DNA of 64,000 bases from Schmidtea polychroa (taxonomy: Eukaryota): contig CM097885.1 in the NCBI GenBank assembly GCA_044892525.1, positions 42,100,001 through 42,164,000 on the forward strand, in the 5' to 3' direction. Positions within the stretch are counted from its first letter, which is position 1. Each line of letters opens with the position of its first letter. Position numbers and translations under genes: made by a program. This document shows, one piece after another, positions 40,101 to 53,233 of this stretch. The notes beneath the pieces are model-generated. The model was not told the DNA's origin. It searched no databases and was given only the letters and a program-made list of their open reading frames with translations.

Positions 40101-41064
40101 TGTACACATCCATAGGGCTATAAAATTCAAGCAAGCACCGATTTTTAAAAATTATATAAATAAAAATACACACCTAAGAGCTGAAGCAAGCAGTGAACTG
40201 TACAGAGATTTATTCAAATTGTATAATAATAGCTTGTACGGTAAATCCGTTGAAAACCTTAAGAAGAGATTAAATTTACGACTATGTAATTCCGCGGAAA
40301 AATTAATTACATATTCATCAAAACCATCATTTAGAAAAACCATCAAAATTGATGATGATCTTTTTGGTTTACATCTCAATAAGGAGTCTATATGTTTGGA
40401 TAGACCCAGCTACATCGGACAATCAGTGCTGGATTTATCCAAACTAAGGATGTATCAATTACAGTACATAGAATTAGCAAAATATAGGAGTCAGTTTAAC
40501 TGTGATATAAATATAGTTGCGGGTGATACCGATAGTTTCTTCTTAGAGGTCAAAAATGTAAAGCTTGACGTTCTTTTGCCAGTGATGATTTCGGATGACT
40601 TGTTAGACACCTCAAATTATGATCCCTCTCATCCTTTATATTCTAGGAGACTCGACTCAGTTATAGGAAAGTTTAAGGATGAGAGTAAGGGTGTAGGATA
40701 TAGTGAGTGGGTTTTCTTGCGACCAAAGTGCTACAGTCTTTTAGGAAATAAATCTACTATGAGAGCTAAGGGCGTAAAATTACCAGGTACAGATATAAAA
40801 CATCAATCCTATTTAGACTGTTACAACAACAACACAGTTATTTCTGTACCTCAGACTAGAATAGGAACCCGAAATCATCAGCTTTTTACCTTTAAAAACT
40901 CAAAGATTGCTTTAACTAATCATGATGATAAAAGAGCTTGGGTAGAGAAAAACTCTAGTTTTGCATATGGTCATTATTTAGGGGTTGATGTCATTGATAA
41001 TGACGATAATGATATTCAATCAGGAGCAGATCCCGATCTCATCAATCAACATCTACAAGATTAA
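37153..41064 (+). CDS. polB: Protein-primed family B DNA polymerase with N-terminal extension and endonuclease VII-like insert
   Basis: Exonuclease motifs YADFES and FHNLRGYD; C..C..RDHDHFTG..C..CN insert; polymerase motifs YIDINNLYG, KLYNNSLYGK, GDTDS and PKCY. The exact start is uncertain (acceptor-like TTATCAG at ~37177). Confidence 0.96.
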   Translation: MIYIYNLSGPLYPRYCVSSIRHSLICHKNMKKYYRQPFNGINFFICPICKTSQSVRYKEFYSQHSQHLNSFKTNKQELFKIINKNNIEIVNILNNNTKKKSNKRPAEHRVSKIKNKIIKTEVIEISDDEIIKNEVILLSDDECNNIIYTINHDIINDNINTINQIGGSSLAIEPIIESNLNGAIRTIRFDIADSQLIKIIITDRITEKLTSEINNMGSVKIQFAILIRFEKDGEIRDNYFSNKAEIFSDNFLIEGVNKLNEKIEKFTYLGSGWRVINILEIDFILTKFAPICRLSGHSYIRTPADLKSKGAIINVKNKDHKCFLYSILALLKKDEIGSHPERVSKYENLLNILNYNEVTDCPMKLCNIPKFEKKNLDLNLAINVLAYTPTVIVDDDQVPNDYVFKHPHLSMIHRSTVTGGTPIYLLLLENKDNYHYTAVTNITRLMNCHRNNDCSIQIRCKCCPHCLNGFRMDNAFTKHVALCSKNQTGTTLYTLPENKYLVFQNHSKRITPPFVIYADFESVLPKDVKHHQIHLPISAGLLLINNLNNRKSYYEFYGLDCIPQFLKKVEQIAVTIVLPYYELEGKKRLGPMTFAEERQFKSCRNCYLCKKVLSLAVRDHDHFTGNYLGAACRKCNMARRIYKQLPIVFHNLRGYDLHHILKYGLNGFPSWNLNIIPTSTEKFISMIVHIKKLAVRFIDSIQFVNCSLAKAVETLTDLPLTSSVFDRLIIDAKAIFPYDYATDLDVLETTYELPPIWSGVTEDEYAKAQLIWTQQRCTKLADYMLTYQKLDVFLLADYFQQFRAKAIAYNGLEPLNFYGIPGMSWASALMTLTEPIELLQDMEMFNFYEGGIRGGLTFVNKHYVAASDNTELLYIDINNLYGWALSQNLSFADFTWVYDGLNDVLLECMNADIEILPYGYTIEVDIDIPEIFHDFLNDFPLAPEKMCPPGSKVEKLMLTHWPKKNHVLHWRLLKLYLSLGAKVVHIHRAIKFKQAPIFKNYINKNTHLRAEASSELYRDLFKLYNNSLYGKSVENLKKRLNLRLCNSAEKLITYSSKPSFRKTIKIDDDLFGLHLNKESICLDRPSYIGQSVLDLSKLRMYQLQYIELAKYRSQFNCDINIVAGDTDSFFLEVKNVKLDVLLPVMISDDLLDTSNYDPSHPLYSRRLDSVIGKFKDESKGVGYSEWVFLRPKCYSLLGNKSTMRAKGVKLPGTDIKHQSYLDCYNNNTVISVPQTRIGTRNHQLFTFKNSKIALTNHDDKRAWVEKNSSFAYGHYLGVDVIDNDDNDIQSGADPDLINQHLQD

Positions 41065-41427
41065 TTTAATTCTGTGATCGGACTTGTTTGAATTTTTGTA
41101 AAATAGAAATTATTGTAAAGTCTCTTTTTCGTTTTATAATTATCGGTTTTATTTCTTTGATTTTTTTTTTTAATAATTTGATGTGTAAAAGTATTTTATT
41201 AGAATGTAGTTTGTTAATAAAAATACTAATAAAAATAATAATACTTACTATATTGTGCACAAACATTATATCTTCAAATATATAACCATTGGATAGAGCT
41301 CTTCAAGACCTTTTTAATGAACCATTATTCAATAAAATCTATCGAAGATAATCCTTAAAATTACCATTATTGATTTTAAATTATTTTCTTGTTTAATAAA
41401 TGAGTTGTTTTAATGTATCTCTTATAA

Positions 41428-41985
41428 ATGTGTGCAGAATATAAGTATTTTCATAAATTTATTAAGAAATTACTGATGACCACGAGATCATTCAAGTTTT
41501 TAAACTGCACCGTTGAAGATTTTATGAACAATTATGATACTCTCACTGAAAAGGAAACCATAAAAATTTTAGAAATTTTCAAACATTCCTCCATTGGATA
41601 TTTGATTGATTTATTTAATTACAATAAATGCATTTTGAAGTTATCGATTTATTTGATGCATTTAGACAAAGCAATAGTAGATAATGATTCATTGAATGAA
41701 TGCTTTTGGAATTGTATGGATTTAAGGCTGGAACCAGGATATAGTAGTAGATTGATTTATGAATGGATATCGAAATCCGAATTGATTGAAAATAAGCTAA
41801 GGAAAAAACTCAATGATGGTAGGAAAATGTATTTAACTTGTTACATTTGTAAAGAAAATCAAGTATCGGTTTTGTTTTTACCTTGCGGACATGTAATTGT
41901 ATGTTCTAAATGCCATGATTCAAATGTTCGCAAATGTAAAGCATGTTCAATGTATATTAATGAGTATCATACTATATACATTTAA
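41428..41985 (+). CDS. Protein with C-terminal IAP-type RING finger (putative E3 ligase), no BIR seen
   Basis: Ends CYICKENQVSVLFLPCGHVIVCSKCHDSNVRKCKACSMYINEYHTIYI*. Confidence 0.85.
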   Translation: MCAEYKYFHKFIKKLLMTTRSFKFLNCTVEDFMNNYDTLTEKETIKILEIFKHSSIGYLIDLFNYNKCILKLSIYLMHLDKAIVDNDSLNECFWNCMDLRLEPGYSSRLIYEWISKSELIENKLRKKLNDGRKMYLTCYICKENQVSVLFLPCGHVIVCSKCHDSNVRKCKACSMYINEYHTIYI

Positions 41986-42226
41986 TAAACATTTATTTCT
42001 TTACCTTTGTTATTAATACTTTGAATATTGTAAATAATAAAACTATGTATCAAATAATAATATTCAAACTAAACCAAATTTACAAACTACCGCGCCAGCC
42101 CCTTCGGGGCGGGCGGGCGAACGGCGGTTGTGTATGTCGATGATTTTAATTTTTATTAAATGCATTTGTTTGATTTCAGAATTCGATTTGTGTGACTAAC
42201 CTTGTTAAATTTGAGTTGATGTAAAT

Positions 42227-42268
<42 letters not shown>

Positions 42269-42546
42269 GTAATTTCTTATGAAGATTTATATTAAAGTGA
42301 TTCAAAGCTGATTTATGAAATTGGTTGAACCTTTTAAATGTAATTATCCAACAATAAATATTTAATGTAATAATGATCAAATTCACTTAACAAGGTAGTG
42401 CCGACAATTTGTGAGAGTCGACAAACATCGATATATTACTGATTTATAATCTTCAAAGTCTCTTTTCAATTCAATGGATATTATAATCAGTGATGAAATT
42501 GGAAGAAATAAAAGTTCTTATAATAATAGTAATTATTTGTAAAAAT

Positions 42547-42624
<78 letters not shown>

Positions 42625-42915
42625 GGAAAAGTACTGAATTATTATTGATTAAAATATTTGAAGGGATAACATGTGGTATGAAATTATGCGTTAATAATCG
42701 ATTACATCAACGGAAATTCACATGATTTGCACTATGAACTGTTACTAAATCATGTGTGAATGATATCAGTAAATGATATCAGACCTTAAAAAAAAGATTT
42801 GACCTTGACCTTAAAAAATTTGACCTTGACCTTTAAAAAAATGACCTTGGCCTTAAAATTTGACCTTGACCTGTCCTGGATGTGACATGTCCTGGAGGTG
42901 AAACATCTTACTACT
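41971..42915 (-). repeat. Polinton right TIR (~945 bp)
   Basis: Inverted copy of 25270-26156, ending CATCTTACTACT. Confidence 0.93.
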
Positions 42916-44540
42916 TGGCTGGCGCTCCCGTTAAGCCAAATCGTAACACATTGAATTCGTACAAACCTTTACCGTTTGAAAATGCCGTTTTCCTTCTATC
43001 TTCTTCTTTTACTTTTAATTGATTATATCCCTTATTCAAATCGATTACTGTGAAGAATTGTACTTCTCCCATTTGATCAAACATTTCCTGTGGAACTGGA
43101 ATAGGGTATGTGTCTTTTCTTGTAGCCTGATTCAATTTTCGATAATCCACACAAAACCGTAAATCACCGTCTTTCTTTTTGACTACTACTATTGAGGATG
43201 AGAATGGTGATGAACTGTCTCTTATTATGTCAAACTCTTTCATCGCTTTTATCTGTCTATCACTTTCCTCTTGATGTATATAAGGGATTCTATACGGTCG
43301 TAATTTAATAGGAGTTTCATGTTCGATCACCTGGGTAAGTCCCAAATCATACTCGTGCTTTGCAAACACTCTTTTGTACTTTTTTAATAATGCCATAAAC
43401 TGTTGTTTTTGTGCTTCTGTCAAATCGTTGCTCGTCACTTGTGGTTTTCTATAAATTTTAATGTTTCTCGGTAATTTTTGGGCTTCTTCTGTTTTAAATT
43501 TCATTAACTTTCCTAATTTCGTGTTAGGTTTCATTTGGATAGATTTTGTGCTAAGATTAGCCATTCTCACTGGCACTGCCTGATCTTTTACTTGTACTAT
43601 CTCGTCGCACATTGGCAATTCGTATTTCTCGACTAGTTTTCGACTGGGTTCGAAAACACATTCGTCATCTGACGTGTTTGCTACACTAGCATAACATATT
43701 ATTTCGCTTCTTGCTGGTATTTCCAACGTTTGATTTAAAACAACTTCTCTTGGTTTATTTGCAACTGTATCTAATTGTCCCTTTATTAATTTTCCTGTTG
43801 TCAGATCTAGCGCAATTCCTCGCAGTTGCTCCATAACATCCATACCAATTAGACATTCAACAGGGCTTTTACTCATTACTGACACATAATTTGTTATTTC
43901 TTGATTACCAATAATTAATTTGACTTCTAGCTTCCCGATTATATTCAGTACATTGTGAGACATTGATTTAATAATTTTATTCGTCGGTTTCATCTTTGCT
44001 CTCTCTTCCCTTGTCAACAGTTTATCTGACACTATAGTATGACTGGAACCGGAATCTAACAAGGCTTTGACCTTTCTCTCGTTAAATAGTATATTTGTTC
44101 GAGGTTGTTTGCCTCTATTTCCTATTGTCATCAACGCATAGCTACATGGTAATCCGAGCATGTTTTTCCGTTCTATTTCAGCACTTGTTGGTTCAATCCT
44201 TTCGGCTTCTGGTTTAATATGTTCTACTGGTTTCATTTCTTTTAGCCTTTCACTTGGATATGCTGGTGCTGTTGGGAGGAATACCGGTGTATACAATTTT
44301 GAGAGTGTGTCGATTCCTTTAAGTTTTGGCATCTGTTCTAGTAGGCACCTCGCTTTTCATTATTTCTTTTCTAAAATACATTTGCTCGTTTCTGCCATTG
44401 TCATTGTTGTTGTTATTGCCACTATTTCTGTCCCTCGATTCACACAAAGATTTTTCACTCTTTTGATCAGTTTTTACTTGTGCTCTCACATTCGCCATTT
44501 CTTTATATTGATGATGAGTAATAAAAAATCTTGCTATAAT
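42916..44540 (-). CDS. pol: Gypsy polyprotein middle part: env cytoplasmic tail, aspartic protease, RT N-terminus
   Basis: ALLDSGS, CLIGMD, LRFCVDYRKLN and KTAFS..GLYEFNVLRFGLTGAPA. Collinear with 62330-64000; a frameshift lies upstream of 44332. Confidence 0.92.
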
Positions 44541-47298
<2,758 letters not shown>

Positions 47299-47699
47299 AT
47301 ACTATGATTCAGTATTCGGGTAGAGAGTAGGTTGTAGTGGATAGTGTGATTGCGTAGGGTTGACAAGTTATCCTAGTGCTATCGATTTTATTGGGGTTAA
47401 TTTAAAAATTTACTAGGATCTCTTAGGATAGATTATGGGTGAAATATAGTGAGTAAGGAACTAACCATAGTTGAGCACATGCCTTCTATTGTCAGCCCGC
47501 GAACTCATTCGAATGCTCGTCGATTATAGAGATATACTCACTTCTCGCGACTATTACCCCATGCGACACAAGGTTGATTAGTCAACGGGTGTCGGATGGT
47601 TAAACAAGTCATTGTATCTTGGGTTGCGTTGGAAAAAAACCATCAAATAAGGATATCATCAGATAACTTATCTATTAACTTTCGACAAGTTTTTTCATA

Positions 47700-48262
47700 A
47701 CTCCGGCAATGATAACATATTCGCTAAATATCTTTCCAAAAACATTTTAGCATCTGTTACATCTGCCCCGGTCCTTTCTCAAAATATCCACTATTTAACA
47801 CTACTAACCTCAGAGCATCATGTTCGCTTCAAAGACTCTCTTCGAATAATAGAAAGTATACATCACGATACAATATATAGAAACACCCTCAGGCATATTC
47901 TACACTCTTCACTTCGGAAAGAAGCATTCCTCGGGATTCAGAAAATTCATCCATCAGGAATTAAGTCCACGTACCACCCTATATTTCAAGAGGCAACTTG
48001 TTTCTCATTATTTAAAGGCGTAAAACAGTTGGTGTACGAATGTGAAGGCTGCCAAAAACACAAAGTGATCAGACATACCAAATCAACAATCACTTCATTC
48101 CCAACCGGTTCAAGATTCGATACACTCCACATTAAATCAGTAGGCAAACTCCCAATAGGCGACGGATTCGGTTACATTCTGACAATGATTGATCCGAAAA
48201 CACGCTGGTTCGGGGCGTTCACGTCACTGACATCACCACACACACGGTCGTACATGCTTTAG
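47700..48262 (+). pseudogene. Degraded Gypsy RNase H end/integrase fragment
   Basis: GNDNIFAKYLS..HPSGIKST..CEGCQKHKVIRHTKS..RFDTLHI.SVGKLP..GYILTMID..TRW, with frameshifts. Confidence 0.75.
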
Positions 48263-48265
48263 TAT

Positions 48266-49257
48266 TGTTGGGTTTTATGATATCAAAAATCAACAGTTGG
48301 TTACTCTGACTCCATGTGTTCCAAAAATTAATGAACACAACTCCCAACGTATATTTGTTTAATAGAAAATTTACAATTCTCAATAAATAACGACACTTTT
48401 AGTTAACCACAATTTTCTCACAATTTCCGATCGAACTCCGCTCTGGAAGGTCTCGACCTTGTACGATTTAAAAATAAGTTTCACCTTTTTGTTTGATTCC
48501 GCTCTCTGATCCGAACTTTTTGAATATTCCTTTCCGACTCCTCGATTCCTCTTATAATTCTTTTTCTTCTTTTATTTTATTCCTCAAACTCCTATCGTCT
48601 GATTCTCCTTCCCTACCTAAGGCTACCGCCGATTATGTGAATTTTGAGTTTCCTTATATACTCCCATAATCGTTGTAATTGCCCCATTTTGACCTAATTG
48701 GTTTTGACTTCTTTGGGAATCATTCCCGAATTAGCTATTTCTGTTGACCCTCTTCGTAATCACCCTTCATTTGTTTACCCTCGTTTATCCAGTTGTTTGG
48801 ATAATTGCCCTCTGAATTCCTCATTTGTTTACCCTTCCAAATTGCCGTGCTCGGATTTTCTTCATCGTTCGGGTTCTCCATTGGCTCGGGCTTCCCATTA
48901 GCTCGGGTTTCCCATTAGCCAATTAATTATTTAATTAATATTTTACATTTTTTCACATTTGTCTGTTTTACGACCCTTTCTAAAAATTTTCTAACAATTT
49001 CTTGCTCAATTTCTTCTTCACCAACCCCTAATCTGCCTCTCTCCCGTTTTCCAGCTTCAATTTCGATAACTTTTCACTTTATTCCACTTCCTCAGGTTTG
49101 CGCATTTTTCCATTTCATGTCTGATTGTACTCTTTTATAGTTCTGTTTTTATCATATCTTTCTTTGCCATAGCTTCTCTGATTGACCACCATTCAATTTC
49201 GGGTTTCCTTTTAATCTGAATTATATAATTTAATAATTTACTTTCAAAACCTCAACA
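48266..49257 (-). repeat. 3' LTR (992 bp) of a related Gypsy copy whose body is lost
   Basis: TGTTG..CAACA termini. PPT-like AAGGGAGAAA plus GTCCTCGAA context as at 20250-20280. Shares the GCTCGGG..CCATT tandems. Confidence 0.82.
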
Positions 49258-50349
49258 TATTTCCTCCCTTAAAAAATATTTTGTCCTCGAAATATGCAAT
49301 GCTTATTCGGAAACTTCATTTAAGTCAAAAGTTTAAGTCAATTCCTATTCTGGACTCAATTTTTAAATTTAACTTTATATTTTGAATTTTATATTATTTA
49401 AGTCGGATTTATAACCGATCATAATGCAGATATAAATTTTAATTAAAGTGATTAAAATAAGTGATATTTATAATAAATTAAATTAATTTATTTATTAAAT
49501 TTTATTAAAATAAATTATATTTGTGGCATGAATATATAAATAAAATTATTCTGAAAATTTTAAATTAAATTTATTTATTTATTAAATGTTATTAAATTAT
49601 ATTTGTGGCATAAATAAAATTATTCTGGAAATTTGTCATGTGTGACATATTGTCTCAATTTAAAAGTTAAAATAAAATACAATTTTTTTCACAAAATAAT
49701 TGACCTAATTTACTGTGGATATTCTAGTAAGATAATTAATTATGCGTGAAATATAGTGAGTAAAAAACTAACCACAGTCGAGCACATGCCTTCTATTGTC
49801 AGTCCACGAACTCATTCGAATGCTCGTCGATTATAGAGATATACTCACTTCTCGCGACTATTACCCCATGCGACACAACGTTGATCAATCAACGGGTGTC
49901 GGATGGTTAAACAAGTCATTGTATCTTGGGTTGCGTTGGAAAAAGAACATTGCAACAAAGAACCGCTTTACCTATATATCGAATGTATATTACAAATGAT
50001 AAATTTTCTAAAGCCGCTGCTAATATGTCTACTCGTTGTCGGATCACATAACGTCCATTCAATGGATATGTGATCACTGCAGAAAAATCTTGTCTGAGGG
50101 TTACTGATTATAACTAAATAGGATCATTGAAAGACTAATGATGTTCAGTGATTACACTGTCCAACTAAATTTGTTTAAATATTTTTACAAAATCAATTTT
50201 ATTTGTTCTTTGTAAATTTCGTGGCACCATTTTCGATTTTGATAATTGTTTTTACGTTTAACAAATTTTAATTAAAAGCCGTTTTTCTTTTTTATGAAAG
50301 TGTTATTTTACCCATTGAATATGTACATATAATGCAAAGTGCGACATTA

Positions 50350-50700
50350 CAGTAAGAATCCATAAAATGAAATTTGAGTGACAGCCTAAATATTTTATAG
50401 TTCATCATATTCTTGATCAGAGATTTAAAAATTTTAGTTTTATGTTGTTCTAGAAAAGCATTGTAATCATTTCGAAAAGACAGCCATGCTGCTTTTGAAA
50501 TGGGGTCAGAGTATGATCAAAGTGCTGATCGAGAACCAGCTGCCTCAACTGTGGTCTGATGAAAAAACTCTTTGTTACTTTGGCAAAACTTAGTTTGGGT
50601 AATTTTGTCTTATAATAGTTCATTACGTCACAATCTTTGTCAAGTGCTTTCACGTACTGTTTAATCAAGCCAAATCTTTTATGTAAATGGGCCAATAAAA
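50350..50700 (-). pseudogene. Degraded DNA transposase fragment, Chapaev-3-like
   Basis: LH.RFGLIKQYVKALDKD..KLSFAKV..FIRPQLRQL..D..F and downstream LSLKFHFMDS resemble LHIKLGLMKQFVKAL..MSLKIHFL.SH. Confidence 0.6.
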
Positions 50701-52111
50701 TCTTGTTCGATAAAGCAAATACTGAGCCGGATTAGAGGTCTGGACTTTCTTTTGACATTAATTTGCAATATAATCGCCTTCGAAGTACTCGCTACCTTAA
50801 TCAACAAAAACAAACACTTGAGTTGTGTGTTGCTAGTATTGGATTCGCTATTCCACGATTAGCATTAATTAATTAGTAATTAATTTATAATAATTGATCT
50901 ACAAACAATTTGAAATACCTTTCAATGTCCATTGTATCAAGTTGCAATATTTAATTACAAAAAGTCATTTTAACTAATAAATTACATTTTTACAATAAAA
51001 AAATACAATGACATTATTTTGGATATTTGGCTTATTTATTCTGCAAAAATCTGTTTATTCTTTTTATTTGATTTGTGACATTTCATGCAGTACGCTCTTC
51101 AACAAAGGTATGCAAGAATGCGTTGATACAACGATGGGAGAGGACTGTGAAGATTATTTGGTCTTCAGACGAAAACCATGCTTGCCAAGATGTATCTCTT
51201 ATAATTCTCAAACGAAATAATCATATTTTATTAATTCAACAATAATAAAATTTAGAAAATAAATTATGAAGTTTTTTTGTACTTATAAATTATTATTATT
51301 AATTTTTGTCTAGTGCCACTTTTATATTCTTTAGTCCAATGTAAAAAATGTTCAGATTCCTCGATTCATCGGTCAACTCTAATGCTAGATTCCAAATAGA
51401 AAGAAATATATTGGAATTTACAAATTATTTTTTTCTTAAAGGTCTTCTTGATAGCATACAATGGAAGCACTTGATGGAAATGTCAAGATTGACTCGAATC
51501 TGTAAGTCAAGATTGGAAATTAAAACCAAACCCCGAAAACAAAAGGGCGAATTTCTTTGGAATTTTAATTTTAAAATTATAAGTTCTTTTAGCTCTCACG
51601 AAGGCAGCTTAGTGTATATATGTACCTAAAAAATAAAGTTGGAAAATGTAATATTTTTTAATAGTTCAAAAAGTTGCTGCTGTAAATAAATTTTTAGAAC
51701 ATATTATATATGAGGAAGTTAAAAGATTCTTAAAGATTAATAAGAAATTTGGTAAAAAGTTTAAAAATATTTTTATTGAAAAATATTTCAAAAAGAAGAA
51801 ATTTATCAAAGAAATATTTTAAGAAAATCTGAAATTTGTTTAAATAACAAAAATAAGATCAGTCAAGTTTTTTGAGATATCTTTTATTAAATAAAATTTT
51901 ATGAAATTATTTAGTGATTTAAAAACGGATGAGAATCCTAATATTATACATGAGTTAAGAATTGGTACTAGAAAATGGAGCTCCGCCAGAATGGCCCTCG
52001 ACAAAAGTTTAATTTTAATGCAATTCATATCAACCGAATGCATTACTAAGGGTTTGTTTAAACATAATAAATAAATTAATATTGGAATTCATCAATTTAT
52101 AGACTCTAAGG

Positions 52112-52624
52112 CAGTGCTTTCCAACCTTTTCATGCTTGTGACACACTTTTTAGACTTCCATCCTTTCGCGACACAGCAAATCAGTTTTACCAGAAAACCA
52201 GACGTCATACAACTTACGCCATATGGTAAACCGTTATACAAGAGACAATGAAACATATTTAAATATAAATATCGAAATAAATGGCAGAAAAGGATAGTTC
52301 ATGACTGAAAACAAGATTTAATGTGGATGGTATCGTTTATAAGTAACAATATGTAATTAATTAAGAATTAAAAAATTTGAATAACGCCAATATATATTTA
52401 CAAAATTTAATGAGATATTTGAGCTTGATGGGAAGAACACAACCTTTGAATATTTGGTGGAATATTAGATAATGAGACTCGCATTTCGTAATCAAGCATT
52501 TTTAAGCTTTAATCGTTAAAAGGTTTATAAAATTCAGGGTCTCTTTTCATTATGTTCACGCGACACACCTATGCAGCGCTGCCGACACACTAAAGTGTCG
52601 CGACACACCGGTTGGAAAGCTCTG
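52112..52624 (-). mobile_element. Internally deleted hAT (Charlie/Buster-like) element, 513 bp
   Basis: TIRs CAGTGCTTTCCAACC / GGTTGGAAAGCTCTG with TSD CTCTAAGG on both sides. The minus strand keeps the transposase C-terminus EMRVSLSNIPPNIQRLCSSHQAQISH*. Confidence 0.9.
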
Positions 52625-53233
52625 CTCTAAGGAATTATTTTCATAGAATCAGGATCTGTTATAAGTTTGTAGTATATCCTCCAATTGAAGATTAAGCTGA
52701 TCATATTTTGTTTCTTATGTAACCTGATGTTGAATGCCAACTTTAAAACTTACCAGTAAAAATTTAAATAAAATTAGTTGAAATTATGTAAATTATAAAA
52801 TTTATAAAATTAAATCGCTAAAAATAATAAAAATTAAAATAAAATTAGTTAACATTATGTAAATTATAAAGTTTATAGAATTAAAGGGTTAAAATTAAGG
52901 AAAATTAAAATAAAAATAGATAAAATTATTTAAATTATAAAATATACAAAATTAAATCGTTGAAATTAATAAAAATTAAATTTTTTGAAGAATAATTTGA
53001 ATTTTATGGACAGTATGGAGCAACATTTATTTACTGGGAAATAAGGGCAGATCCCTGCTCAAAATATTTGAAGGATAAGTTAAACATTCATAAATATTAC
53101 AGACAACACAGAGTAACATTTATTAACAGAAAAATAAGGGCGGAAAAGAAAACATCTAGAAATGAGGACCACAGTCGAATGAAGACCTGACGATAATCTA
53201 ATAATAGAATAGGTAATAAATAATGACGTAAGA

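Larger units (their letters stand above)
47439..49945 (+). repeat. Two near-identical ~200-bp copies (47439-47638, 49746-49945) of a giant-LTR U5-like segment
   Basis: GTGAAATATAGTGAGTAA..GAATGCTCGTCGATTATAG..GGGTTGCGTTGGAAAAA occurs in both copies and is related to 13730-13865. Confidence 0.75.

Noticed and set aside
41066..41266. 66-aa hydrophobic/basic minus-strand ORF converging on polB
   Set aside because: It could be a small Polinton membrane protein, but its composition is explained by AT-rich sequence and nothing independent supports it.
51008..51629. Possible host exons
   Set aside because: The ORFs are short with no recognisable domain, and I could not build a consistent splice chain.
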